DNA of 64,000 nt from Octopus vulgaris (GCA_951406725.2 OX597829.1:14694001-14758000); one strand, 5' to 3'; counted from the first letter of the stretch, positions 1 through 14,599 are shown. A program made the numbers and translations. Notes: a model not told the origin generated them from the sequence alone.

Positions 1-205
1 CAAACACACACACTATCGAAGAATGGATTTAAGAAATCATCAGTTTTATACATCTTTTACAATCGTTTCATCACATTTCAATATAACCAATTTCATGTAA
101 ATGTGTAACCCTGTTGGCAACTGTGGCTTAATTTTCACATGATATTGAGAATTTCCTTAATAGCACATTTTGAAAATGATACATAAGAATTTTGTGTAAA
201 ATAAT

Positions 206-224
206 ATGCTTATACATACATATA

Positions 225-258
<34 letters not shown>

Positions 259-280
259 CATACATACATACATACATACA

Positions 281-314
<34 letters not shown>

Positions 315-332
315 CATGCATACATACATACA

Positions 333-366
<34 letters not shown>

Positions 367-392
367 CATACATACATACATACATACATACA

Positions 393-428
<36 letters not shown>

Positions 429-455
429 TTGTATGTATGTATGTATATATACATA
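206..455. repeat. (TACA)n microsatellite
   Basis: Direct reading of the sequence; source of the YIHT/MYVC pseudo-ORFs. Confidence 0.98.
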
Positions 456-1283
456 CCAAATATATACGTTTTTATTATTATTTTGCAATTTACTTAATCA
501 TCAGTATATTATTGTTATTTTATTTTTTATATTTCTATTATATGTAATTTTCTAGATGGTGTAATTTAATTGTTCATTTTGAATTGATAAAAGGTGTTTT
601 TTTTCTAATTTTTATATATATTATATTTTGTGAAATTTGATTTAGTATTTCTAAATTGAATTTTTCCCTGTAAGTTAGGAATAATATTCCCTCAAATTAT
701 ATATATATATAAATACATACTTTATTTTCTGATACTTAAATCGAAGTAATATATAGAGTAAACATGTGTAAACACTGAGACAACGTTGCTATCTTCCTGA
801 ATCCTGCAGTATTTCACATGGAATTTTTTGTTCTTTAGAGTTGTATCGGTATATATACGTTTTGGTCTGAAAAATTTTGAGTTGTATACCAGAAAATGCA
901 GTAGTTTAACTAGGACTATATTTTTAAATATGTGGTATAGTAATTAGAATTATTGGCTTATTTGTAGTTTAATCCCAGCTCAAGATAAACCAAGAAAATA
1001 TTATCAAACGTGTTCTACCTGTGACAACTTCTATTCAGTTTATTTTCCGGCATATTGTATAAACGCGTAGTGTAAACATTCCAACCTTGTCACTATCTTT
1101 CTAAATCCTGCTGCGTTTCATACGGAATTCTGATCCTCTAGAGTTGTTTTGGTGTATAAATTTATCTATTTTATTTATTTTAATAAATATTTGTTTGAAA
1201 AATTCGGTTTGTATGCTGGAAATTCCGGTATTAAGAAGTAATCGTATGTTGCCTATAAATGTAATTAATAATCACTTATATTA

Positions 1284-1500
1284 GGGCGGCGAACAGGCAG
1301 AATCGTTAGCAAGCCGGAGGGAAAATGCTTAGCGGCATTTCGTCTCTCTTTACGTTCGGAGTTCAAATCCCGCTGAGCTTGACTTTGTCTTTCATCCTTT
1401 TGAGTTCGATAAAATAAGTAGCTGTTTACCACCTGGATCGATGTAATCAACTTAACCCCATCCCGGACTTGCTGGCTTTGTGCCAACATTTGAAACTAAT
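1284..1500 (+). mobile_element. tRNA-derived Meta-domain SINE, alternative-tail subfamily
   Basis: A-box-like GGCAGAATCG, B-box GAGTTCAAATCC, Meta-like core CTTTCATCCTTTTGAGTTCGATAAAATAAGTA; AATAATCACTT on both flanks. Confidence 0.8.
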
Positions 1501-1549
1501 CACTTTTTGTTTATTTGAAACCAATAATCACTTTTTTTTTATTTTGCAG

Positions 1550-1717
1550 ATATACAAAAACTAAAGGCAATATTTCTAAAAACAAATCTGGACTGGAACA
1601 CAGTTGTACTTTGTTAAAACCTTTGTTAGAATCTTAATGACATTAGCACTAAACTTTACCAAATTCATCAGTGAAAAAATATCGGATCACTTGGGAAAAC
1701 TTTTACACTTTTAGAAG
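1550..1717 (+). other. Candidate host exon (168 nt; non-coding or terminal coding)
   Basis: T-tract + TTTTGCAG acceptor and AAG|GTAAGT consensus donor; stops in all three frames. Confidence 0.4.
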
Positions 1718-2501
1718 GTAAGTCTAAAAATTTCTAAGGCACTTGAAATACGTTTTCTTAAATGAATTTCATAGTTTTCACTTCTTTAGTGTTAAAGCTG
1801 TGCATACGAACATATGGAGGCAAATGTTGTGATTGAAAATATATTGTCCTAACACTGAATCGCTGGTTGGTGTCTCTCCTGTTTCAGATCTAGATTATTT
1901 CGTTTGTCCAAAACTAGCTGCAACCAAAACTCGCCTTGTTACGCTTTTTGACTCATTTGGTACATACTCCACCCACACACACACACATGAAGTACACACT
2001 TTACGTATGATGTGCTCTGATTAGGAACCATCAAGTGTGAACATTGCTGTGTTAGGTGTAAAGATCTTGCATTTTGCGGCAATATTTTCGTGCCGTTTTT
2101 TCAATGCTTCGTCAAACTGTTTATCGGATATTTTCAGTGTGTTCCCATCATTGGTGTTAGCGTTGTGCAACTACCAGATTTAGTATCTATAAAAATGGTG
2201 TCAGTGAGTGCCATGGTTTCAGATTGTATTATATTAATTGCTTATAACAACTAGCCATGTCGCAAACAGTAGAAACAAAATATTGTCTTATTTTCAAAGA
2301 AGGCAATATTCCTGATCAGCCAGAGGGTAGACTTAACCAGCGTAAGATTGCGTAGAGTATTATGATACCTCGTGCCATGGTCAACACAATAATTGTTCAA
2401 TTCACCAATAAATCAAAGGGACCAACATCATCTTGCTCAGGCTAATTTCAGCCTTCTGACAGTTGAGTTCAGATGGATTCTTTAAAATAATCCTGATTAT
2501 A

Positions 2502-2734
2502 TATTTCTTTACTGCCCACAAGGTGCTAAACATAGAGGGAACAAACAAGGACAGGCAAAGGGATTAAGTCGATTACATCGATCCCAGTGCGAAACTGGTA
2601 CTTTATTTATCGACCCCGACAGGATGAAGGGCAAAGTCGACCTCTGCGGAATTTGAACTCAGAACTTAACGGCAGATGACATACCGCTAAGCATTTCGCC
2701 CGGCGTGCTAACGATTCTGCCTGCTCGCCGCTTT
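2502..2734 (-). mobile_element. Full-length Meta-domain SINE (Tx1-like tail) with 16-bp TSD
   Basis: Pol III boxes, Meta core, tail ...TTGTGGGCAGTAAAGAAATA; TSD AATAATCCTGATTATA at 2486-2501 and 2735-2750. Confidence 0.92.
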
Positions 2735-3096
2735 AATAATCCTGATTATAAGGCAACTGATATTGCAGAACAACTCCAAATGAGTCGCAGTACTCTGAAG
2801 TATCTCGAGCAACGTGACTACTATGGTAGAGAAGCTAGAAGGAAATATCTATTTCGACCAGTAAATACACAAAGAAAAAAGGAGAAATATATCTTAGAAA
2901 AAAAAAATAATGCTGGCCATTTACTTTGAAAATCAGACAAATCTTTGCTTCTAGTGTTCGCGGCATGGTTAGTTACTATAAACAATTATTTTGCCGTAAT
3001 CTTAAATGAAAATTATAATGCATTAACGAGTTTGAAACACCAGGTAGTGTCCGCACAGATAAAACGGTATAACGAGAGGTGTCTATTTACTTTTAG

Positions 3097-3131
<35 letters not shown>

Positions 3132-3149
3132 ATACATGCATACATACAT

Positions 3150-3213
<64 letters not shown>

Positions 3214-3339
3214 GAATTTGTTTAGATCGACATGATCAACACCTATTATTATTAGCTCGGTAGCTTCAAGCATGTAATTGGTTAGCGGTTTATACTGTAG
3301 AAATACTTATTATAGCAATTTCCAGCACCATTTTGCCCG

Positions 3340-3716
3340 GATTCCTCCTCCTCCTCCATCGGCGTTTCCTCCTTCTCCCCTTCTTCTTAATCTCCGTTTA
3401 CTCTTCCTATCCTCCTTCGCTTTCTGCTAGTCTTTTCTCTTCTTCTTCTTCTTCTTCTTTTCTTCTTCTTTCTTCTTCTTCTTCTTCCTTCTTCTTCTTC
3501 TTCTTCTTCTTCTTCTTCTTCTTCTCCTTCTTCTTTTCTTATTATTTTTCTTCTTCTCCTCCTCCTCCTTCTTCTCCTCCTCCTCCTCCACCCCACCTCC
3601 TCCTCCTCCTCCTTCTTATTCTCCTCCTCCCCCTCCTCCACCTCCACCCATCCTCCTCCTCCTCCTTCTTCTTCTTCTTCTTCTTCTTCTTCTTCATCTC
3701 CTCCTCCTTCTTCTTT
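3340..3716. repeat. (TTC)n/(TCC)n polypyrimidine tract
   Basis: Direct reading. Confidence 0.95.
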
Positions 3717-4599
3717 GACCCGGCTACATAATATGTGTATGCTATCTTTGTATTATTTCCTCCATCCACGCTTTTATACATCATCTTTCACAAAAAACCG
3801 CTCTTGGCTTTCGAGAAATACATTCACATATTCATACATTCACATGCTTTCTTCTTGGTTCTGCTGCTAACAGACTCAATGCCACAACATTTTTATACCC
3901 CTTCGGTTTAAAAATACGTATATATGCATCGCATTTACTTTTCAGGTGTTCTTTCTTAAAACTTCTCAACATTTCATCCGTTGAAGCCCTGTATTCTTCC
4001 ATTGTTGGTTTTTAGCTCCTAGCTATCGTTGATTTCTATTCTACATTCTACACTAATGTTCGCTACAATTAAATCATGTGCGTACATTCTTATATTGGTT
4101 AAACTACATCCGTTAATGGGGTCATGGTTGGGGAGAAGCCAAGATTTTGAAGAATGTGGAATCACTCTTAGCCACCATTGTTCCTTCGCCTTCTCTGAGC
4201 CGGAGTTATGGCACGTCAGTGTTTCAGATATTTGTTAAAATTTCATGTAAGTACCCGAGCCAGGGTACGTTGAAATCTTAGGGTGTAGCATGATAGATGT
4301 TGACTATTTCAGCAGATAAGTCAACAGCGAATGTCACTAGATGCTGAACAGATTAAAAATAAAAAGAAATTGTCAATAGCCAAGATCAACCAGTTCGTTT
4401 GAGGAATTACTGCTATCATCAGCAGTCGTGGCACGCACAGATGAGATATTTCAGCCACCGAAAGAACATAGTGACAAAAACTCAGGCCAGACGGGGACAT
4501 CACAGTCATGAATGTGGACGTATTAGTCCGAGAAGACGCTCAACAAGTGATCACGATATGTATATTTAAATCCTTCCTGTACACTTGATGAAATCTCAG

Positions 4600-5330
4600 G
4601 CCTGATCTGCAAGCAGTGAATCTATGGCCAACCGATGTATTTTCACTGCGGTTTCTGTGTGCTCTAATTTAGTCGATTTCCAAGAAAGTCATTTCGGTGC
4701 ACTCTGCATTTTAGTGGAACATTACTAAGGCATGTAGAAAAGTTAAGTATTTTGGATCCACGCTAACGAATGATAGAAAGCATAAGTTAGAATTGGATAA
4801 TAAAATTATAGTAGCTGACACAGTAATAAAGGAGCTCCAACATTCGATCATAGCCAAACTCGTCTTCAATTCGTTTACCGTACCTACCCTCTAATCTAAT
4901 AATGAAAGTTGGGTAAGAACCGAAAGAGTACGATTGTGAATATAAGTAGCCGAAATGGGGATCCTCGGAAGTATTTCTGGAGTAAAGCTTCTCAACAGGA
5001 TGACCAGCTCGAAAGATAATGGTGTCTCTCTCTAAGTTGAGCCGCAACTTCTTCGCATTGAGAGGTTATAGCTCTGGTTCTACGGATTCGCTGGAAATAA
5101 TCCCCAGACGGGTTCTTCAAGCCGCAACAACAGACAGGAGACTTAGAAGTAGACCAAGAACGAGATCGTCGCACAATGCCTTTAGTGTCATGTGGTTAAG
5201 CTTGTGAATCCACGTGGTAAGTCCAATAAAGGTTGCTTCACATGGAACCGTATAGAGGAGTCGCATGAGGACTTTTACCTCCATGACTTTTCCAGGAATA
5301 GTGGACGAAGAAAATATAATGCATATAATA
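4600..5330 (+). mobile_element. Highly degenerate RTE-clade LINE 3' remnant
   Basis: Broken frames resembling KYLGSTL, NESWV, AEMGIL and RSRPR motifs typical of the RTE ORF C-terminus. Confidence 0.6.
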
Positions 5331-6371
5331 ATCCAACGTATTTGTATTTAGTTTTTTCCCCTAAGGTAATATATCGTGTGTTTAAAGAAATTTGGGTCCC
5401 TATCTAGAACGCTCACAATTATTAGTAAGTTTTACGATCACCCTTTCCTCTTCAAGCATAGCATAAGAGGGTGGGGGGGGGGGGTAATTCTTTCGTCGTA
5501 TTGATGGATGAGAGTTCAGTAATACACAGCCACAAAGTATTAAAATGGGACGATGTTGGTGCTAACATCTTAGTTTGCTGTACGAACTGCACCATGTAAA
5601 TTATTATAGTAAGCATGGTTTGTGCAGAGCTAGACCCATTCTCTCCTTCTTAACACGCACACGCACACACACACACACACACACGAGTGCCTGCGTGTTT
5701 CTGTGCGTGATCGACTTTCTCGTTGATTCGACGAATGCGGGTTCAGCAAAATAGCTGCACAGAAAGACAGACAGATAGATAAGCCCTGCTTACAGAGTCA
5801 AAACTGAAAACTTCCAGTTGCTCTACCCGTCCTCGTCGCCTTTTTTTTCCCTATCTCCACTGCATTTATGAAAAAATTGCGATGGTGTTGGTACTGGTGT
5901 CTTTGCTTTCTGAACAACCTGCACAATAAATATTATTATAGCGAGAATGAATTGTACAGAACCAGTTCCATTCTATCGTCTTTCAAACTTATACTGGTTT
6001 GGTGCAAAAGGTACTACAAACCTTGAAATTCTTAGGATGCTGGATTTGTATAGAGAGGCTTGTACTTAAATTACCGTTAAAGAGCTGAAAAGTTTCATCA
6101 GCACTGGGTCTAGCCACAACGTATCGCGACTTCCACTACGTTTGCATCATATGAGCTACTTCCAAATCAAAATCTATATGTCTGTCTGACTGTCTACCTG
6201 TCTGCTTGCCTGTCTGTTCGGATATCTGTGAGGGGGCTTTCTTCCGGACGTAATTCCAACACATGCTAATTTACCCATAAATAGAACACTGACGTCTCGA
6301 AGTAAACCTGAGAACAGTAGTAGCTAAGAATTGATTTGACATTCCAAGGCTCCACTACTGCATATAATATA

Positions 6372-6990
<619 letters not shown>

Positions 6991-7103
6991 GCGTGTGTGT
7001 GTGTGTGTATAGGGAGAGTTTACGAAAAAAAACAAAAGATGAAGACAGGTGGTGTACAAAACAAACAGATGTGTTAGTATAGCGCTCAGGAATAGAAAAA
7101 GTA

Positions 7104-7138
7104 TTTTACATTTCGAGCCTACGCTCTTCTACAGAAAG
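7104..7138 (-). ncRNA. Degenerate minimal hammerhead ribozyme in Penelope-derived mini-element (about 7010-7215)
   Basis: TTT-CTGTAGA-A-GAGC(GTAG)GCTC-GAAAT-GTA-AAA; downstream TTCCTGAGCG shared with the 34497/51856 family. Confidence 0.6.
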
Positions 7139-7217
7139 GGACATAGAAAAAACAAGGAGAGAAACAAGGAGAGAAAAAAAGGAGAGAAAAAATGTGTGTA
7201 GTGGCTAACGATCTATC

Positions 7218-7255
<38 letters not shown>

Positions 7256-7744
7256 GGAGAGAAGAAGCCACTAGAGTATGTCCAGATTCTGGTGGTTCCT
7301 GCTCGACCATACACGAGCGCAAAATCTCTTCAACCTTTTTTAATACTCATGGAATCACTCGCTGTTCGCTGTATTTTAGGAATCTTAGAGAAACAACTCG
7401 CAAACGTCATAGCGGTATACCTACAGTAAACTCAGTATCGAATTGGCTAATATAAAAGTACTTGGACACTTACAGACTAACAATGTATCCGGATCTACCA
7501 CCCGAAACTCGAAATCCAGGCGCTTTCTTAGTGCGGGTAGGAATGCTAGAAAGTGGGAAGTACCTGGTTCTTTGAAACTTTCTTTCTTAATATTGGAAGT
7601 TGATTACCGATATTGGTTTATTCACTGCTTTATAGAAGCATTTTCCTTCATCTTGTAAGTACAAAGCTCCTCCGCAGTATGCGCGCGCAGTACGCACGCA
7701 TGCGTGCATACACCTCCACCTCAATCCTCCATACTCCCCACACA

Positions 7745-8030
7745 CTCTGACCTCTGACCTCTCCCATCGTTAGACGACGAATGAGGGTCCCACAATTTCT
7801 TGTTGGTGGAACTGAACAAATGCTTGTGCGTACATAAGCCCACTCCCTCTATCAATTCGACATTGCCTTTACAGGTGCACGAGTATGCCGCACTCCTGAT
7901 GTCGAAATGACCACAAAGCAACGTGTGTTTTGCTCAAAAACAGAACGCGCCACCCGGTTAGGGAATCGAACACCCGATCTATCGAGCGTGAGTGCGACAC
8001 TCTAGCCACTACGCATCGCGCCTTCCACTA
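7745..8030 (-). mobile_element. tRNA-derived SINE
   Basis: tRNA-like head with TAGTGG and GTTCGATTCC followed by CORE-like TTGAGCAAAACAC. Confidence 0.7.
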
Positions 8031-8063
8031 CGCTTACATTATTAAAGCTATTTCGAAATCGAA

Positions 8064-8215
<152 letters not shown>

Positions 8216-8581
8216 TCCACCCCTTGCTAGTTGCATAATCAGCAACCACAAACCTAATATACCCACAACCCACACCCCTGCCATCAACACCAACACCACC
8301 AGCAGTAACAACAATAACAAAACAACAACAAACTTCGCCGAGGCGATAAAAGAAAAAAAACAATAGTATCGTTTACTGCACAGCAGATAAAAGACTCCAG
8401 AGCCCTAATCACCAAAGAAAACGGCAAAGTACAATTACACATACCACAGCACATACTGAATGAGGAAAAAAAGAAAACGATTATTTATAAAATAACAAAC
8501 AACACAACTAAAAGTCCAGGAAAAGCAAGCACGGACAAAATAGAAAAGTGCCTACGCCCCATCTGGGGATACAAGGAGTAT

Positions 8582-9823
8582 GTGACCTGGTCGAACAAGT
8601 TTGCCCACGTACACGTGGTTTTTCAGAATGAAGAGTTGGCAAAGCAATTCTCAACGCTAACTCTTCATTCAGATGAGCTAACAATGACACCCAGTTACCT
8701 TGGCCAGAAGGTGACAAAGGTCATTATCAATAATGTCCCGCAAATAACAACCACACTATGGATAACATCCGCCATATGCGTCGAAATGGAGGACATAAAC
8801 ATCCTGGAAATCACTGTTTCGAAACACAAGGACTGGGTGGGAAAGAGAATGGAGATTCTCTTTCACATAAGCCAAGACGACATTAACAAAATTCCCACCC
8901 ACGTACATCTTGCGGATGACCGCAAGTTGTATGTAGTAGTCGAGGGCAGAAGGCCACGCTGCTATACATGCGGCAATGAAACACACCACAAAAAGGAGTG
9001 CAAATCTAACGCGAAACAACAACAACAACAACAGCCACGGGAAAAACCACAAAAGCCAACATTATTGCCCACACCACAGTATGGACGGCTAATCAAGAAG
9101 CTATATTCAGAAATGCACGAAAAGCAACAAAGAACGGACCAACCCAACCAAACAACACCACCACCTGCGCCAAGACCAGAACCATCACCACCAACAACTA
9201 AACCAATTCCAACACCGAGAACAACAACGAAGAAGACAAGCACCAAGGATGTAGGAGAGACAGTCACCACACCAAACCCCCCCGCACCCCACCCCCGCAC
9301 ACCACAACAATATCTACAACCGCACAAACAGACCCAGATGCTTTACCCTTGCCCCCGTGTGATTCGTCAGACTTTTCATCTAACGATGAAAGTTCGACAG
9401 AATGGCAAATAGCCACCGGGGGTAAAAGAAAAAGATTTTTAAAATAACAAACAAGAAAACGCAACCAAAGCAGGGAGATATCTGAACCCTGAAAGCTTCA
9501 TACACAACCAAACAAGTACCAACACCACAAAAACACACACAATGCTATCAGCGATAGACACCAAAAACTCCAAACTAATGGAGTACATCACAGCCCACAC
9601 AAACATCTGTGAAGATGACTTCAAAACTAACAACCATCCACGCACTACACTACCCAAACACAAAATACTACACATCACACAAACACAACACCACACACTC
9701 AAAGCCTTCTTTCCAAATGCGGTTGGGGAGTTCCAAAAATACCTTTCACAACAACTCTATAAAAACCTCCTCCAAGACACATCAAAGGATGAGGAAGCCA
9801 GAACTTTCGACACAAGTAAGTAA
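8582..9823 (+). pseudogene. LINE ORF1 (gag-like), frameshifted
   Basis: VVVEGRRPRCYTCGNETHHKKEC = CX2CX4HX4C knuckle; Pro/Thr-rich linker; continues in 9542-9823. Confidence 0.8.
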
Positions 9824-9869
9824 CTCTCTGTACCTTCCTTTTTGTGTTTTAAAGCACACACCCCAATAG

Positions 9870-12800
9870 AATCAAGGTCAAGATTGGTTGTGTGAATGCG
9901 CGTGGCTTGGGGTCTCCTAGGAAACAAGGATACCTCCTAAATGACATCAAGTCACACGATTTGGGAATCATAGCCATAAGTGAGACCAGACTCCACGAGC
10001 CACGGGCCCTAAAGTCCATGTTTGGCGGACAGTTTACCATTTATTTTGCTCCCTGTCTGCCGAGGATGGGCGGTAGTGGCACCGCGGTACTTTTTCACAA
10101 GAGCCTGGATCTCGAAGTCAAGACGGTATTCGTAGACCCGGAGGGTAGACTGGTCGTTCTGGATGTCGACGGCAGCAATGGGTGCGCTTTTCGACTCCTT
10201 TCAATCTACGCACCGCCTTTAACAGGTCGGCCGGATTTCTTTCGATGTCTAGAAGTATTCCTGAGAACGTCTCGTCCTTTACTTTCAGTGGGGGTTGGAA
10301 TGCTACCTTGGACATGCATCTAGACTATGTGGGGTAGACAAAAACAGAAGGGGATGCAAATGCCACAGAGACCTGCTCAGACGATTCCAACTGTCTGACA
10401 GGTACCGACTCGACCACCCAAATGCACCAACGTGGATATGGAGCAACCGCAGTGGGTTTTCGAGATCGTATCTAGATAGGATACTGTGTAGGACAGTAGA
10501 CAGGGATAACTTAGGATGTCCACAATTCCACACAGTCAGCTACACGGATCACAAATTCGTGACATGTACGCTAGACTTAGATAAGGCAAATAGACAGGGT
10601 CCTGGTTACTGGAAACTGAACGCATCTTTCCCGTCCAGACAGGTTTTCAGAGACAGAATCAACACGTTAGTAAAAAGGGCTTTAACGGGAGCCATTGTCA
10701 ACAACAAATTGTGGTTCGCTCTCAAGAGAGCAGTAAAAGCGGAAGCAATTAGATATAGCAAGGCACTAGCCGTAGATAGAAATAGAGTAGAGGGTGAGTT
10801 AGTTAAGAAGTTAGAAGAGGCAATTAGAAGCGGCATCGCATCCGACGTTTTAGCGGTGAGGTTCGCCCTTGACCAACATTTCAACGCCAAACACGAAGGG
10901 TGTGCTGTCAGGGCTAGGATGCGTGCTCTAAGGATGGAAGGTGTTGGAGCCGCGAGGGAGGCCCGGGTGGCGGAGGCGCAGCAGGGCAACAAAGCCACCA
11001 TTCGGTCTCTGGTAGATGAACAAGGGTGCGAATTGCTCGAGCCCAGCAAGATGTGCGAGACATTTCAACGGCACTTTGCACGACTGTACGGGACGAGTGG
11101 TGAGCGTGAACGCAGGGTGGACTTCAGTGCCTACCTGCACAGCCTACTACGACTCTCGGCAAGAGAGGCAGAGTGCTGCGAAGGTGCCATCACGGCGGCG
11201 GATGTGCGGGACGCGATGGCAGAATGCTCGAGAGACAAATCACCGGGTTTGGATGGTCTGCCCTGCGAGTTTTACAATTGTATGCCAGACTTGTTTGGAG
11301 ACGTTTTGGCTGCGGTATACTGCAACTGGCAGCAAGACGGGAGCATACCCGGTTTTGTGGGTCCAGGAGCCGTAACGCTGCTGAAGAAAGATCCAAACAA
11401 GGGGAACATTATAGATAACTTTACACCAATCACTCTGCTCAATGCAGACCTGAAAATTTTGACAAAGGTGTTAGCCAAGAGGTTGGCGCTTGTCGTCGAG
11501 ATATTGGTCGACAACACACAAACGTGCGCCGTGCCGGGCCGGAGCATCCATGACAACCTCCATCTGGTGCGCTACATCATAGACAGAGTAGTTAAGGAAC
11601 CCGGCATGGATCAATCGAAAGCCTTCGATAGGTTAGACCATCGATACTTGGAGGCAGTCCTGAGAGCGGCTGGTTTCGGTCCCGTCTTCCGCGGCTGGAT
11701 AGCTTCCTTGTACAGAGGCATCTGTCCGGTAATTCGCGTAAATGGACATCTACCGAGACCTTTCGACATTGCACGTTCCGTCCGTCAAGGATGCCCCCTC
11801 TCAGCGCTTCTATACGTATTGACTCTTGAGCCACTACTGCGGAAGCTGGCGACTCTGAGGGGCATCTCGCGAGAATTGGGATGCGGGACGAGCGTGTCTG
11901 CATACGCGGACCACGTCACCGTCATAGTGTCAAGCCACGAGTACATCGAGCTGGTCGGTGAGACACTGAAAGACTACGAAGCGGTGACAGGAGCAAAAAT
12001 CAACCGGGAAAAGTCAGTGGGCTTGCGACTCGGCACCTGGAGAAGCAAGCCCATGCCGTCCACAGTACCTCCGTCATGGGACGCTGGACAGACGTCCCGG
12101 TTGAGTTGCTCGGGGTCTGGTTCGGTCCGGACCTTCAAATGGAGAAGAACTGGAACGAGATAAAGAGTAGGGTGGTCACTTTCGCCCGGCAATGGGCCGA
12201 GAGGAAACTGTCCCTAAAAGGTCGGGCGGAGGTGGCGAACACGTACATCGCGTCCATCGTCTACTACCGCCTGACCGTCGTACCTTGTCCCGACCCTTCC
12301 ATCGCCAAACTAGAACGCATTCTCTTCCGCTTCTTGTGGAAAGGATGTGTCCCGATGGTCAGGCGATCCATTTGCTGTCAACACCCGTTAAAAGGAGGAC
12401 TGGGCATGCCGTGGTTGATGATGCGCAGACACGCGCTGAGACTGCGACATCTCAGGCTCTATGTAGACGACGGTGAACAGGTGTGGTCGCCGTTTGTGAG
12501 ACACGCGTTCCCGCAGCGCGTCTCCATGACCGAACTGCAGTCGTGGATCAATAAGAGGCCGAGGAAATGCGAATGGCGCCGCGAGTGTCGCGTTGCTCTC
12601 AAGCAACTCTGCCGTCCCGTGTCGACCTTGAGTGACTTCAATACAACCAAAGCATTCTATAGGGGATTAGTGGAGAGGAGGTACGACGACGATCTTGGGG
12701 CAAACCTGGGCGTCGACGAGGAATACCTGACCCGCCTGTTTGAAACGACTTTCGGGCCGGGACCTATGGACAACTTCCAGAGATCCCTGGCCTGGCGGTG

Positions 12801-13230
12801 CTACCGAGAAGCGCTACCCGTTCGGGATAAGCTCTATAGGCATGGCTCGAGAAACACGGGGCCGACCTGCCCGAGATGTGGGCAGAGCGACGAAACCGCT
12901 CTGCACGCAATCGTGCAGTGTCCAACAATCTCCGACCTGTGGGCTTATGTCGAACGACTGCTGTCACGTGTGGGACGTGTCGGTTTATCAGCCGAGTCTA
13001 TCGTTAATATCGTCACGCCTCCTTCCTTCAAACGGGAACGAAGAGCTATTTTTATCATACTTGTGGCTATGGCGAAAGAATGTATCTGGTGGACGCGCCT
13101 GAAAGGATTAGAGACAAACACTTTCCTCTCTGGTCAATCTCTCATCAACTTCTTCAAGTATCACTTGAAGAGGAAAGTGAGAGTAGAGAGGCAAGTTTTG
13201 TCTAGTGAATGTTTTAAAAAAGATGGGTGA
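9870..13230 (+). pseudogene. LINE ORF2 (APE endonuclease, RT, C-terminal zinc finger), frameshifted near 10295 and 12070
   Basis: NARGL, SETR, IYAP, YLDRI, YTDH, GYWKLN, KSPGLDG, KAFD, RQGCPLS, YADH (dead YADD), CPRC..H....C; lacks 24 nt (GGALINL region) present in the second copy. Confidence 0.93.
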
Positions 13231-13702
13231 ATGTAGCAAAGATGGCACGTATGAATGACGAAGACACCTTGACTATGATTCTATGAACCGTAAAAATTAG
13301 TACAGAGAGTTGCTTATTTGCAAAAAAAAAAAAAAGAAATATAACATGTGACCGAGGTTACCGTGGTCTTTTCCGTAGGCTTTTCTTTCCACGGGTAAAC
13401 CTCACCTGTCATCCCCTTTACACTTCATATTGACATTTCTCTGATAGCGATCCCTATTGATCAATTTTTTCCTTTCCCTTCCCCTACCTTTTAAAAAAAA
13501 ATGTTATCCCCCCCTTTTTTGTCCTCTTTCTTTCCTTTTACGATCCCTTTTGATTGAAAACCAAACCCCCTTTTTTTACCCCCAAAAGAAAAGCTCTACC
13601 TTGTAATTTGTCTTGTCTGTGTGCAGCCCTGTGTGGCTAATAAAGAAACATATCCATCTATCTATCTAACTGTCTGTCTGTCTGTCTGAACTCTCACTTT
13701 AT

Positions 13703-13738
<36 letters not shown>

Positions 13739-14122
13739 CACATAATACATATATGCCGATGTACATGAATACATACACATACACACACGTACACACACAC
13801 ACGTATACATTATAGGTATTCTACAAGTTCTGTGATTGGGTCTATATTGTAAAGGGCACGTGTGAGTTTGTGTGTGCTTGTGCGTGCGTATATGTGGGTG
13901 GGTGTATATTCTTCTGTGTATTTGTGATGCTAGTGAACGGTGTATTAATCATTCATCGACCAGTTCTACAGCAATCAATACACCGTACCTCTGTCTGCTC
14001 TGTCAAAGCTACACGTAAATAGACGTTGAACAGGCAGTGTATATATATATATATATATATATTTATACATATATATATATATATATATATGTTTGTATGT
14101 ATGTATACTTATACGTACATAC

Positions 14123-14153
<31 letters not shown>

Positions 14154-14599
14154 TATATATGTATATATATATATGTATGTATATGTATGCATACTTATAC
14201 ATATATATATATGTATATGTCTACATATATAAGTATATAAATATATGTATATATATATATATATATATATGTATTTGCAGTAATTCCTTTACAGGGAGAG
14301 AGAGAAAGAAAGATGACAGAAATAATGGAATGTATGCATATATGTGTGTGCGTGTGCGTGTGTATACAGATACACACACACATATATACATATATATACA
14401 CACTTGTATAAATAGTTAAGATTATTTGTATGTGTGTGTGTGTGTGTCTGTGTGTGTGTGTGTGCGTGTGTGTGTGTGTGTGTGATTGTATGTAAGCCCC
14501 GACCTAAACATACCGTCACTGCGGCATAAAACCAGTGCGGAATAACAAAATAACAGCTACTGGGTGACGTAAACATGTACTGACTCACAGAACACACAG

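Larger units (their letters stand above)
8215..13650 (+). mobile_element. Near full-length degenerate Tx1-like (L1-group) non-LTR retrotransposon
   Basis: ORF1 with CCHC knuckle, ORF2 APE-RT-zinc finger, pyrimidine-rich 3' UTR ending AATAAAGAAAC; flanked by TCTA repeats. Confidence 0.9.

Noticed and set aside
40-130. GAAACGATTGTA hammerhead half-motif on the minus strand
   Set aside because: No matching CUGANGA core or stem I found
128-555. YIHT/MYVC-repeat ORFs (also 38099-39055, 48467-51721, 55985-56504 and many others)
   Set aside because: Translations of stop-free microsatellites
10303-12967. Antisense and overlapping ORFs within the LINE
   Set aside because: Shadow frames of a GC-balanced coding sequence
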